The translations under genes and the position numbers were made by a program. The notes under the pieces were generated by a model that saw nothing but the letters and a program-made list of their open reading frames with translations, did not search any database and was not told where the DNA came from. 64,000 bases of DNA from Actinomycetes bacterium (GTDB taxonomy: Bacteria > Actinomycetota > Actinomycetes > S36-B12 > UBA5976), in NCBI GenBank assembly GCA_037131045.1, contig JBAXRV010000001.1, positions 48,639-112,638 of the forward strand, given 5' to 3'. Of this stretch, positions 30,387 to 39,505 are shown one piece after another. The first letter of the stretch is position 1, and each line of letters opens with the position of its first letter.

Positions 30387-30419
30387 TGTATCAAAATGAT
30401 ACATCATTTCGATACATCA
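30387..30419. promoter_or_regulatory. Candidate PadR operator
   Basis: A palindrome TGTATCA-AAA-TGATACA lies at 30387-30403. GATACATCA is directly repeated at 30398-30406 and 30411-30419. All of this sits just upstream of the padR SD in the divergent spacer. Confidence 0.4.
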
Positions 30420-30478
30420 AAAAAACCTATCGAAAAGTACTAAATTCGGCCTTTCCTAATAGGCAATAGGCTCTGGAT

Positions 30479-30988
30479 GTGGCACATTCTCGTAATCTGG
30501 GCTCAATTCAGGGCTCCCGTCTGGGTCCCGGTGGCAGCGAGCCGCCTCGCCCATTGCCCCACCCAGCCGAAGACGTTGCCGACCCAGCTCGCCCGCGTCA
30601 CGTTCTGGACTATGCCCTTGCTCGCCGGCATGTGCTTGAAACGATCAAGTTTGATGCCCTATTGCGTGATCAAGTGTGTGATGCCGATCCATATTTATTA
30701 CGCGCTGCAAAACATCACGGAGAAAAAACTGAAAGAACGTGTCCGATATGCCAACGCGGGGCTCTGGTCCACGTCATTTACACCTACGGTGATGACTTAG
30801 GTTACTTTGCTGGACGCGTGCGTTCTTCGCATGAACTTCCAAGTATGTCTGGTGAGTACGGACACTTTCGGGTCTATGTTGTCGAAGTGTGCCAAGACTG
30901 TGGCTGGAATCATTTACACCTTTCGTACGTTTTAGGCGACGGCACACCTCGCACACCGCCTCGTAAGCCTAGAGATGTGTTGGAATAG
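30479..30988 (+). CDS. DUF5318 family protein (Rv0049-like)
   Basis: The conserved core is DYALARRHVL...CDADPYLLRAAKHHGE...CPICQ...CQDCGW. The GTG start is uncertain. It sits between padR and ponA, as in mycobacteria. Confidence 0.7.
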   Translation: MAHSRNLGSIQGSRLGPGGSEPPRPLPHPAEDVADPARPRHVLDYALARRHVLETIKFDALLRDQVCDADPYLLRAAKHHGEKTERTCPICQRGALVHVIYTYGDDLGYFAGRVRSSHELPSMSGEYGHFRVYVVEVCQDCGWNHLHLSYVLGDGTPRTPPRKPRDVLE

Positions 30989-33203
30989 ACAGGTGAACAA
31001 TTCAAAGAAGCGCCGACGCGGAATTGCCCGTCTCTTTCCGTCATTTCGCCGATTGTTTCTTTTTGGACTCTTTGGTGCAGTACTAGGTGTTGGACTTCTC
31101 AGTTACGAAGTCAAGGTCACACACATTCCGCAACCGAATGAAGTGTCACAAGCGCAGGCGTCAATTTTTTATTACGACGATGGCATAACCGAACTTGGTC
31201 GCCTTGGCGAAGCCAACCGAGTTTCTGTGACGATAGATCAGATTCCTCTGGATGCTCAACATGCCGTGTTAGCTGCTGAGGATCGCCAGTTTTATCAACA
31301 CGGCGGATTTTCTCCAAAGGGAATCTCGCGAGCAATTTTGAATAATGTTCGTGGCTCTTCCACACAGGGCGGCTCCACAATTACTCAGCAATACGCCAAG
31401 AACGCTTATTTAACTGATGAACGACGAATCCAACGCAAAGTCAAAGAGCTCGTACTCTCTATCAAACTTGAAACGATTACCAGCAAAGACAAAATTCTTG
31501 AAAACTACCTCAACACCATCTATTTTGGTCGAGGAGCCTATGGCATCGAAACTGCGGCGAACCAATATTTCGCAAAAAGTGTCAAGGACCTCTCGATAGA
31601 GCAAGCGGCGGTCCTTGCTGCAATCATCCAAGCACCGAATGGTTTATCTCCGGAAACTCATTTGCCGAAACTGAAAGCCCGCTGGAATTACGTGTTAGAC
31701 GGCATGGTTTCGCAAGGATGGCTCGATGCAGCCACCCGTAATGCCATGGTTTTCCCACCAATTAATCCCCTCAAAACTGACCAAGTGTTCGGTGGAGCAC
31801 AAGGACACGTTCTTGAAGCTGCTCGGCAAGCGTTGTATGCGCAAGGAATTACCGAAGATCAAGTAAATCGCGCTGGATTACGCGTGGTGACTACATTTAA
31901 TAAGCAAGCAGAAGATGCCGCGATTGCAGCAGTCCAGGCCCAGGCGCCAACCACCAAGATCGACGGGTTACGAATCGGCTTGGCATCTGTGCGGCCCGGC
32001 ACAGGTGAAGTTGTTGCCATCTACGGTGGCGCCGATTATTTGAAAGACCAACTCAATAACGCCACTCAAGCAATCGGTCAAGCAGGGTCAAACTTCAAAC
32101 CTTTTACTTTGGCAGCAGCGTTAGAAAATAACATCACCTTGGCTTCAACCTTTAGTGGCATTAGTGGCACGAAAGTCAAGGGTTACGTTGTTGTCAACTA
32201 CAGCGGGCATTCTTACGGAAGTAAAATTACGCTCTTGAAGGCAACTGAAAATTCCGTCAACTCTGCTTACGTGCAGTGCGAAGATGCCGCTGGCCTTTCA
32301 AATGTAATGAATTCAGCACTTCGCGCAGGCATCCCAGAAAATACCGTAGGGATGGATGCGAACCTCACTTTCACGTTAGGAACAGCAAGCCCGCACCCAT
32401 TAGATGTTGCTTCTGCTTACTCAACGTTTGCTGCACGGGGTTTACAGGTAAAGCCAACTTTTCTTAAAAAGGTTTCTACAAGTTCAGGCGATGTGTTATT
32501 TGAGTTCTCGCCAAAGCCCGTTCAGTCATTTAGTACGGACATCGCGGACACGGTTAATTACGCTTTGCAAAAAGTCGTCACTCAAGGAACAGGAATAGCT
32601 GCGCAAGCATTAGGTCGCCCAGCTGCAGGTAAAACTGGAACAACGAATGACAATATGTCTGCTTGGTTTTCTGGCTATACCCCAGAACTTGCTACATCGG
32701 TGATGCTGGTCAAAGACGGACCTGACGGAAAGCCAATCTCATTGTCGGGTACTGGGGGTCTGACAACAGTCACGGGCGGATCATTTCCTGCAAGAATTTG
32801 GACCGCGTACATGAAAGGTGCGCTTGCGGGATTACCGATTACAAAATTCTCACCACTGCCTGTAGGTGTACTCAATGGGGCAAAGCCAACAGATTCTCCA
32901 TCGCCTATGCCATTGCCAACAGACACTCCAACAGATACTCCATCTGGCACACCTACAGACGGACCGCAACCATCAAGTGCCCCTACTGGGCAAGTCACAG
33001 TCCCAGACTTCACCGGAGCATTAACTGATGCCCAAGCAACTGCGGTGACACTGGGAATTAACTTAATAATTATGGATAAGAACGCATCGGTAAATCGTTC
33101 TAAGCCGTTATATATCGGCGCAAATTCTCAGAATCCTGCAGCTGGCGCAAAAATCGCCGTCGGCGGGAAAGTGACAGTCACCGTTTCAAATACTGCACAG
33201 TAG
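30975..33203 (+). CDS. ponA: Class A penicillin-binding protein (glycosyltransferase/transpeptidase) with a C-terminal PASTA domain
   Basis: The GT51 motifs are EDRQFYQHGG and RKVKELVLSIKLE. The transpeptidase motifs are SNFK, SVN and KTGTT. A Pro/Thr linker leads to a PASTA-like tail. The start is uncertain (GTG at 30993 is possible). Confidence 0.92.
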   Translation: MCWNRQVNNSKKRRRGIARLFPSFRRLFLFGLFGAVLGVGLLSYEVKVTHIPQPNEVSQAQASIFYYDDGITELGRLGEANRVSVTIDQIPLDAQHAVLAAEDRQFYQHGGFSPKGISRAILNNVRGSSTQGGSTITQQYAKNAYLTDERRIQRKVKELVLSIKLETITSKDKILENYLNTIYFGRGAYGIETAANQYFAKSVKDLSIEQAAVLAAIIQAPNGLSPETHLPKLKARWNYVLDGMVSQGWLDAATRNAMVFPPINPLKTDQVFGGAQGHVLEAARQALYAQGITEDQVNRAGLRVVTTFNKQAEDAAIAAVQAQAPTTKIDGLRIGLASVRPGTGEVVAIYGGADYLKDQLNNATQAIGQAGSNFKPFTLAAALENNITLASTFSGISGTKVKGYVVVNYSGHSYGSKITLLKATENSVNSAYVQCEDAAGLSNVMNSALRAGIPENTVGMDANLTFTLGTASPHPLDVASAYSTFAARGLQVKPTFLKKVSTSSGDVLFEFSPKPVQSFSTDIADTVNYALQKVVTQGTGIAAQALGRPAAGKTGTTNDNMSAWFSGYTPELATSVMLVKDGPDGKPISLSGTGGLTTVTGGSFPARIWTAYMKGALAGLPITKFSPLPVGVLNGAKPTDSPSPMPLPTDTPTDTPSGTPTDGPQPSSAPTGQVTVPDFTGALTDAQATAVTLGINLIIMDKNASVNRSKPLYIGANSQNPAAGAKIAVGGKVTVTVSNTAQ

Positions 33204-33287
33204 GTATTCACAATATATAAGTGTGGCAATTGCCAAATTTATTTTTAAGAGTATCTGCAGCAACTAGTAATTTTTAGTTCCGTAGGT

Positions 33288-34433
33288 TTACTCAAGCCCA
33301 ATGACTTGATCAAATGAGGCAGTTGTATTTCGAATCGTGCACGTTAACTCGTCACCAACTTTGATTGCTGAATCTTGGCACCACAACATCGACACGTGCA
33401 TATGCGGAGGTTCGGCAAAAACCAAATTCTCTTTTTTCCATATAAACGGCGAGCGCACTTTACCGAGCGCCTGAGAGATTCCCTCGCTGATTGCGATAGC
33501 TCGTTTGCGTAACGTACGGGTATTGACGGGAGCTGCTAAGGCTACGCCGTGAGATGTGCCACCGCTGACAACAATGAGACGTTTGTGACCGTGGCTATCC
33601 ACTTGTCCGTACCCAACGAGTGTGTGTCCGTACCCAACTTCATGCACGGCAAGTACGGTGCCGGTCACGCAGAGTGAATCTGGCGCCCCAAGCCACAACT
33701 GAGTGCCCACTCGCATATCAATAGTCACATCGCTTGCTGAAACATGATTGCGCAGTTGCTTGAGTTCATCAACCGAAAAATGCGAAAGACTCACATGTAG
33801 CGGCAAAGAATGTTGTTGAGCTAATTCGCGATACCACACAAGCCAACCAATAGTTTCAAGAACTCGTCCAGCAACTTTTTGTGACGGTGACGCAGGAGTT
33901 GATTCGAGCATTGCAACGTGGCTAATAGTTGGATCTGCGATGGGTAGATGAAGACTTAAGCCCACGACAGCAACAGTGCTTCCCACCTGGTCCAGCGCCG
34001 CACTTAATTCATATGTTGACATTCCGAAGCGATGCATACTTGTAGCACCTTCGACCAATACTCTTTCAACGCCAGCATGGGTTGCATCCACCAGCTGATT
34101 GCTCGCAACCGTTGCAATTATTCGAGAGGAGTGGTGCTTAAGAACACGTTTCCACTCGCGGAGTGCCACAGCATCATGAGAATTGAATGGTTCGAGGACT
34201 TGGATGTCGCCTGCAAAATCGCTAAGCGCCTGCTCTAACTCCCACACAGTGCCAACAGCAAGTTGACCGAGCCCGAGTCGTGTTACTTCGTGTGCGAGAA
34301 CAGTGCGACCAAAACCGTATCCGTTGCCTTTGACCACAGGTACAAGTCGGGCAGCTACGTGGTTGAATTCCCGAACCAAAGATGCGCTGTGATGACGAAA
34401 CTTCTCAGCATTAACGGTGAGAACAAAAGCCAT
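33288..34433 (-). CDS. Alanine racemase-family PLP enzyme (divergent)
   Basis: The PLP-lysine motif reads PVVKGNGYGFG (compare VVKANAYGHG). The C-terminal beta domain has VGYGQ...VVSGGTSHG. The specific substrate is unknown. Confidence 0.6.
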   Translation of the reverse strand: MAFVLTVNAEKFRHHSASLVREFNHVAARLVPVVKGNGYGFGRTVLAHEVTRLGLGQLAVGTVWELEQALSDFAGDIQVLEPFNSHDAVALREWKRVLKHHSSRIIATVASNQLVDATHAGVERVLVEGATSMHRFGMSTYELSAALDQVGSTVAVVGLSLHLPIADPTISHVAMLESTPASPSQKVAGRVLETIGWLVWYRELAQQHSLPLHVSLSHFSVDELKQLRNHVSASDVTIDMRVGTQLWLGAPDSLCVTGTVLAVHEVGYGHTLVGYGQVDSHGHKRLIVVSGGTSHGVALAAPVNTRTLRKRAIAISEGISQALGKVRSPFIWKKENLVFAEPPHMHVSMLWCQDSAIKVGDELTCTIRNTTASFDQVIGLE

Positions 34434-34439
34434 AGTCAG

Positions 34440-35558
34440 TTACCGCCTCGACATGTAGAGAGCGAAGGCTTTTGCCCAAAGTGGTGAAATAACGAAGTCC
34501 CACTCACCCACATACTCTTGAGCATATCCACCTGTACCGAGTTTGAACTGAATCAAACCGAACAAGTGGTTAGTCGGGTCTAGCGTGTCGGAAATTCCCC
34601 GCATGTCGTAGGTCTGTGCGCCTTGACTTAACGCCTGCTGCATCATGTGCCATTGGATTGCGTTGCTGGGTCGTAATTCGCGCGCGTCAGTTGTCGAGGC
34701 TCCATACGAGTACCACGCATGATCGCCCACCTGAGTCATAGTCGTAGCTGCGATAGCGCCCTGATGGTCAGGGTGCTCTGCAATAAAAAGCAGCAGCCGA
34801 GATGCCTCTTCGCTTCGCATTGCATCCCACATGGAAACAAAGTAATTCAGCGGACGTGCTATGAAGTGATCGCGCTGCGCGGTCTCGAGATAACACGCGT
34901 GAAAAAGTGATAAATCCGACTTGTCCCCAATCCGAACAGTGACCCCTTCTTTCTGTGCCTTACGAATATTTCGGCGCCAGAGTTGATTAAATTGTGCAAA
35001 TAACTCATCGGCCGTTTTGTTGAGCAAATCAACTTGAAAAACGTAGCGCGGCTGAAAATCACCAAATCCTGAATCCGCAGCCGCTTGCTGTGTCCAACCT
35101 GTTGCCAGTAGCACTGTGCACAGTGCATTTCCAGATGATGACACCTCATCGGGTGGCAACGTACTAATTGTCCGAACGTGGTTTTGCGAAATTGCGTCCT
35201 TGATTGTGTCGGCGCTCCACCGGCGAGTCCAGACGTGTGGCCCCATTTTGATTTGGAAAACGCCCCGCGCTTTGGAAAATTCAATGAGTGCAGAAAGCGC
35301 CCGACTTACTAGGTCCTCATTGTCCCAATCCAGATCGGGACCCTCAGGCAGATAGGCCAAATAGCGATTAACTCGTGGAACTTTTCGAAGCAACATCAAA
35401 CCCGCCCCGACAAGTACGTCGTTATCGAACCAGCCAAGTGAGATTGGCGACCATCCGGCTTTTGCTTTACCCCATGCCGGCGTTTGCAAAAATGACACAC
35501 TGCTTCGCGACGAAATATATTTCAGATGCTCACCATCGGTAATGGGACGTACCTGCAT
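34440..35558 (-). CDS. FemAB/FemX family peptidoglycan interpeptide-bridge aminoacyltransferase
   Basis: The 372-aa ORF has the N-terminus FLQTPAWGKAKAGW and an overall FemX-like two-GNAT-lobe length. Confidence 0.7.
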   Translation of the reverse strand: MQVRPITDGEHLKYISSRSSVSFLQTPAWGKAKAGWSPISLGWFDNDVLVGAGLMLLRKVPRVNRYLAYLPEGPDLDWDNEDLVSRALSALIEFSKARGVFQIKMGPHVWTRRWSADTIKDAISQNHVRTISTLPPDEVSSSGNALCTVLLATGWTQQAAADSGFGDFQPRYVFQVDLLNKTADELFAQFNQLWRRNIRKAQKEGVTVRIGDKSDLSLFHACYLETAQRDHFIARPLNYFVSMWDAMRSEEASRLLLFIAEHPDHQGAIAATTMTQVGDHAWYSYGASTTDARELRPSNAIQWHMMQQALSQGAQTYDMRGISDTLDPTNHLFGLIQFKLGTGGYAQEYVGEWDFVISPLWAKAFALYMSRR

Positions 35559-35564
35559 TCCGCC

Positions 35565-36350
35565 CTACTTTGAAAGTGCTTGAGAGAGAAGCTCGAGGTC
35601 GCTGGCAACACCATCGGCAGGTGTCTCCAAAATGACTGGAGCTTTAGCGGTTTTGATGCAATTAATAATATTGTCAATGTCGATAGAACCGTTACCTAGA
35701 TTTGCGTGACGATCAGCTCCGGAGTCGAAAACGTCACGACTGTCGTTGCAGTGAATTAAGTCAATGCGCCCGGTAATTCCTAAGATAGTGTCGGCCAGAT
35801 CGCTCATGTCGATTCCACCAGCGTGTGCGTGACACGTATCCAGACAAAAGCCGGGCCCCAAATCGCCAACGGCATCCCACAAATATTTAATGGACTCTAA
35901 GCGACGAGCCATTGAGTGTTTTCCACCTGCCGTATTTTCAATAAATACCGGCACCTTCATATCCAGTTGTGTAAGCGCTTTGTTCCAATTTTCATAACCC
36001 ACAGCTGGGTCGTCTTCTGCTGTGACGTGGCCGCCATGCACAATGACACCTCGAGCCCCAATAGCTGCGGCCGCGTCCACGTCAGTCTGGAGCAGTTTTC
36101 GGCTTGGAATGCGAACTTTGTTATTTGTGGTCGCCACGTTAATGACATAACGAGCGTGTACATAGACATCTATCCCGGCAGCCTGGCCTGCCTGCTTAAA
36201 AGCTTCTGCAGACATATCTCCCGGAAAAACTGAACTTTTCCAACTTTGCGGGTCACCGAGAAATATCTGGATTTGCTTGATTCCCAAGGCCTGTGCCGTT
36301 TCAAGTGGGTTATCCCCAGCCACATGGGCACCAATGGGCACGATTGTCAT
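35565..36350 (-). CDS. nfo: Deoxyribonuclease IV (endonuclease IV)
   Basis: The 261-aa TIM-barrel AP endonuclease carries VHARYVINV, VIVHGGH, FIENTAG, LDTCHAHAGG and HCNDSRD...GADRHANLGNG. Confidence 0.85.
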   Translation of the reverse strand: MTIVPIGAHVAGDNPLETAQALGIKQIQIFLGDPQSWKSSVFPGDMSAEAFKQAGQAAGIDVYVHARYVINVATTNNKVRIPSRKLLQTDVDAAAAIGARGVIVHGGHVTAEDDPAVGYENWNKALTQLDMKVPVFIENTAGGKHSMARRLESIKYLWDAVGDLGPGFCLDTCHAHAGGIDMSDLADTILGITGRIDLIHCNDSRDVFDSGADRHANLGNGSIDIDNIINCIKTAKAPVILETPADGVASDLELLSQALSK

Positions 36351-36470
36351 ACCCCAAGGTTACCGTTGGCGCTGTAAGAACGGTTATGGCAAGACAGTTC
36401 CGGCGAGATGGGTTGATCTGGCAGTTTTGGTTATGGGTCATTGATTGCCCTAAACTGAAGGCTCTTGATC

Positions 36471-36524
36471 CCTCCTGCCACGGAAAGACCGTGGCCGATT
36501 AGTCCATAGGAGGTGGGTATCAGT
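36471..36524 (+). promoter_or_regulatory. Structured rpsF 5' leader that sequesters the SD
   Basis: CCTCCT (36471-36476) is perfectly complementary to the SD AGGAGG (36508-36513). This outer pairing encloses the hairpin GCCACGG-AAAGA-CCGTGGC (36477-36495). Confidence 0.4.
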
Positions 36525-36815
36525 ATGCGTCACTACGAAGTAGTAGTAATCCTTGATCCCGAACTCGAAGAGCGAACCGTTGCTCCATCACTTGATGCGT
36601 TTCTCAACGTTGTCAAGAACGATGGCGGCACAGTTGGCAAAGTCGATATTTGGGGTCGTCGTCGCTTGGCATATGAAATCAATAAGAAGGCTGAAGGTAT
36701 TTACGCCCTCCTTGACGTCAATTGCTCGTCTGCCGCTGTAGCAGAACTTGATCGTCAGCTTGGGCTGAACGAAGCAGTTTTGCGCACAAAGGTTATGCGT
36801 CTCGACGCAAAGTAA
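36525..36815 (+). CDS. rpsF: 30S ribosomal protein S6
   Basis: The product starts [12 protein letters not shown]... I chose the ATG at 36525 over the track GTG at 36513, which lies inside the SD. Confidence 0.93.
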   Translation: MRHYEVVVILDPELEERTVAPSLDAFLNVVKNDGGTVGKVDIWGRRRLAYEINKKAEGIYALLDVNCSSAAVAELDRQLGLNEAVLRTKVMRLDAK

Positions 36816-36828
36816 ATAGGAGAAGCAC

Positions 36829-37278
36829 ATGGCACAAGGTGACGTCGTTGTCACAGTAGTTGGAAATCTGACAACAGATCCCGAACTACGTTTCACACCA
36901 AACGGAGCAGCGGTTGCTTCGTTCACAGTTGCATCGACAACTCGTGTTCTTGACCGCACCTCAAATGAGTGGAAAGACGGGGACACTATGTTCCTGCGTT
37001 GTAGCGTGTGGCGTCAGTACGCCGAGAACGTTGCAGAGTCACTCACTAAAGGAACTCGCGTTATCGTGACAGGTCGCTTGAAGCAACGTTCGTATGAAAC
37101 CAAAGAAGGCGAAAAGCGTTCTGTGGTTGAACTTGATGTTGATGAAGTGGGTCCTGCCCTTAAGAATGCCACCGCAAAAGTCACCCGTGCTGCTCGCAGC
37201 GAAGGCGGCTCTACAGCTGGTGCACCGATGGATGATCCATGGGCTGCTCCAGTCTCCACTGAAGAACCTCCGTTCTAA
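36829..37278 (+). CDS. ssb: Single-stranded DNA-binding protein
   Basis: The ORF has an OB fold ([27 protein letters not shown]) and an acidic C-terminal tip EEPPF. Confidence 0.95.
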   Translation: MAQGDVVVTVVGNLTTDPELRFTPNGAAVASFTVASTTRVLDRTSNEWKDGDTMFLRCSVWRQYAENVAESLTKGTRVIVTGRLKQRSYETKEGEKRSVVELDVDEVGPALKNATAKVTRAARSEGGSTAGAPMDDPWAAPVSTEEPPF

Positions 37279-37334
37279 TCCACTATTCCAACTACCATTC
37301 CGGATAACACCGGGCTCTAAGAAGGAGCACCACA

Positions 37335-37571
37335 ATGGCTAAGCCACCAATTAAGAAATTCAAGAAGAAGGTCTGCGGTTTTTGCGGCAAAGATGCAGCA
37401 ACGATCGACTACAAGGACATCGCAACTCTTCGTAAGTTCATTTCCGATCGCGGCAAGATTCGTGCTCGTCGCGTAACTGGTAATTGCACCCAGCACCAAC
37501 GCGATATCGCAAACGCAGTAAAGAACGCTCGCGAGATTGCCTTGCTGCCTTACACCTCGACTGCTCGATAA
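37335..37571 (+). CDS. rpsR: 30S ribosomal protein S18
   Basis: The 78-aa ORF carries [15 protein letters not shown]...[25 protein letters not shown]. Confidence 0.95.
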   Translation: MAKPPIKKFKKKVCGFCGKDAATIDYKDIATLRKFISDRGKIRARRVTGNCTQHQRDIANAVKNAREIALLPYTSTAR

Positions 37572-37583
37572 GGAGAGTCACTG

Positions 37584-38027
37584 ATGAAACTCATTCTTAC
37601 TCAAGAAGTCACAGGACTAGGCGCCCCTGGCGATGTAGTCGATGTTAAGTCCGGATTCGGACGCAACTTTTTGTTGCCACAGGGTCTAGCAACTGCATGG
37701 ACCAAGGGCGGCGAAAAGCAGGTCACTCAGATCAAACGCGCTCGCGGAAAGCGTGCAGTACGCGACCGGGAACACGCTTTGGAAATTAAAGCTGCGCTGG
37801 AATCTAAGCCAGTTGTGATTTCCGCTCGAGCTGGCGGCGAAGGCCGGCTGTTCGGTTCGGTCACTGTGACTGACATTGCTGAAGCAATCCATATCGCAGG
37901 AGTCGATAAGCGCAAGATCGTTCTTGGCTCACCTATCAAGTTAGTCGGAAAGCACTCTGTTGCTATCCGTCTGCACCCAGAAGTTATTGCCGATGTCACA
38001 CTTGATGTGCGTGGCGCAAAAAGCTAG
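37584..38027 (+). CDS. rplI: 50S ribosomal protein L9
   Basis: The 147-aa ORF begins [36 protein letters not shown]. Confidence 0.95.
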   Translation: MKLILTQEVTGLGAPGDVVDVKSGFGRNFLLPQGLATAWTKGGEKQVTQIKRARGKRAVRDREHALEIKAALESKPVVISARAGGEGRLFGSVTVTDIAEAIHIAGVDKRKIVLGSPIKLVGKHSVAIRLHPEVIADVTLDVRGAKS

Positions 38028-38036
38028 TTATTAAAG

Positions 38037-38087
38037 GCTTTGGGCCTGTGTGTTCGATTTCGAGCATGCAGGTCCAAAGCATTTTTG
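38037..38087 (+). terminator. Intrinsic terminator after rplI
   Basis: The stem GCTTTGGGCCTG ... CAGGTCCAAAGC has one bulge and is followed by ATTTTTG. Confidence 0.5.
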
Positions 38088-38103
38088 TGAGAGGATTTTA
38101 AGT

Positions 38104-38619
38104 ATGACAACCTGGACACTTCACACCAATCATGGTGATATCGCAATAAATATTTTTGACAATCATGCACCGAAAACCACTCGAACAATTCTTGGCTTGG
38201 CAGAAGGAACGCATGAATGGACGCACCCTGCAACTGGTGAAACCTCGACAAGCCCGCTTTATGATGGAACAATTTTTCATCGCATCATCCCTGGATTCAT
38301 GATTCAGGGTGGAGATCCTTTGGGCCAGGGTTTCGGCGGACCAGGTTTTAAATTTGAGGACGAACCACATCCGGAATTAGTTTTTGATCGCCCGTACCTT
38401 TTAGCTATGGCGAATGCTGGACCTAATACGAATGGTTCACAGTTCTTCATCACTGTTGCGCCAACACCGCACCTGAACCGCAAGCACACTATTTTTGGTG
38501 AAGTTGCAGATCAGTCAAGCCGCGATGTTGTTGACGCGATTGCAAATGTCACAACCGGTGTTGGAGATCGTCCGGTTAATGACGTTGTCATCGAGAGCGT
38601 CACCGTAACTCGGGACTAA
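38104..38619 (+). CDS. ppiA: Peptidyl-prolyl cis-trans isomerase (cyclophilin)
   Basis: The ORF carries FHRIIPGFMIQGGDP and NGSQFFIT. I chose the ATG at 38104 (GAGAGGA SD). Confidence 0.92.
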   Translation: MTTWTLHTNHGDIAINIFDNHAPKTTRTILGLAEGTHEWTHPATGETSTSPLYDGTIFHRIIPGFMIQGGDPLGQGFGGPGFKFEDEPHPELVFDRPYLLAMANAGPNTNGSQFFITVAPTPHLNRKHTIFGEVADQSSRDVVDAIANVTTGVGDRPVNDVVIESVTVTRD

Positions 38620-38625
38620 AACTTC

Positions 38626-39447
38626 GTGAACACTTGCTACCGGCATCCGGATCGAACATCTGCAATTGCGTGTACTCGCTGCGGACGAACGATTTGTCAT
38701 GAATGCATGATTAGTGCGCCGGTAGGTTTTCAGTGTCCAGAGTGTGTTAACGCTAATCCTTCACGGATTATTAATGTGCAATCGACATCGGGTTTGGCGG
38801 GATTGCCACTCATCACCAAAGCCATTATTTATGTGTGTCTTGGATTGTTTGTTGCCTCATATGTCGTTCCGGCTTTTGACAATCAAAATCTGGGAATGGC
38901 TCCATTTTTGGTAGCTACTGGGCAATGGTGGCGCCTCATCACAGCCACATTTATGCATAGTGGTGTTTTTCATGTCGGCTTCAATATGTATGCTTTGTAC
39001 TTTCTTGGGCCAGGTCTGGAACGATTTTTTGGACAACGGCGTTACGTCGCGCTCTATGCGCTATCAGCCTTTGGTGGGTCTGTCTCGTCCCTCATGTTTT
39101 CACCAGTAAATACGCTTTCTGTGGGAGCCAGCGGGGCAATTTTCGGTTTAATGACAGCAACCATCGTGGTGGGACGGGCGGTCAAACAAGACGTCTCGCA
39201 GATCATGGGACTTTTTGCCATCAACATCGCATTGGGATTCTTTTCCTCTGGTATCGATTGGCGAGCGCATCTTGGCGGTGCGGCGGTGGGAGCTTTAGTG
39301 GCGTGGATAATGTTGAACTCGGTCAAGCAACGCAAGCCAAATCTGGAATTTGCTGGCCTGGCACTATTAGCTTTGGGGCTGGTTATGGCAGTTGTGTATC
39401 GAGATCACCAAATCATCCAGTACCTGAGCTCACATCCACTTGGCTGA
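38626..39447 (+). CDS. Rhomboid family intramembrane serine protease with an N-terminal zinc ribbon
   Basis: The N-terminus has CYRHP...CTRCGRTICHEC...CPEC. The rhomboid motifs are WRLITATFMHSGVFHVGFNM, GASGAIFGL (catalytic Ser) and AHLGG. Confidence 0.88.
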   Translation: MNTCYRHPDRTSAIACTRCGRTICHECMISAPVGFQCPECVNANPSRIINVQSTSGLAGLPLITKAIIYVCLGLFVASYVVPAFDNQNLGMAPFLVATGQWWRLITATFMHSGVFHVGFNMYALYFLGPGLERFFGQRRYVALYALSAFGGSVSSLMFSPVNTLSVGASGAIFGLMTATIVVGRAVKQDVSQIMGLFAINIALGFFSSGIDWRAHLGGAAVGALVAWIMLNSVKQRKPNLEFAGLALLALGLVMAVVYRDHQIIQYLSSHPLG

Positions 39448-39505
39448 CCAGGAACCCAGACCGATCAAAGCAATGACCACACAGCAAAGCAGGTAAAGTA
39501 GAGCC

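Noticed and set aside
33224-33235. A 12-bp perfect palindrome TGGCAATTGCCA between the convergent ponA and Alr-like genes, considered as a possible terminator.
   Set aside because: It has no loop and only 4-5 usable stem pairs, so it is too weak for a hairpin terminator. It could equally be chance in an AT-rich spacer.
36293-36502. A 69-aa plus-strand ORF spanning the nfo start and the rpsF leader.
   Set aside because: It overlaps the nfo 5' end antisense and then runs through the structured rpsF leader. It has no SD and no recognisable family.
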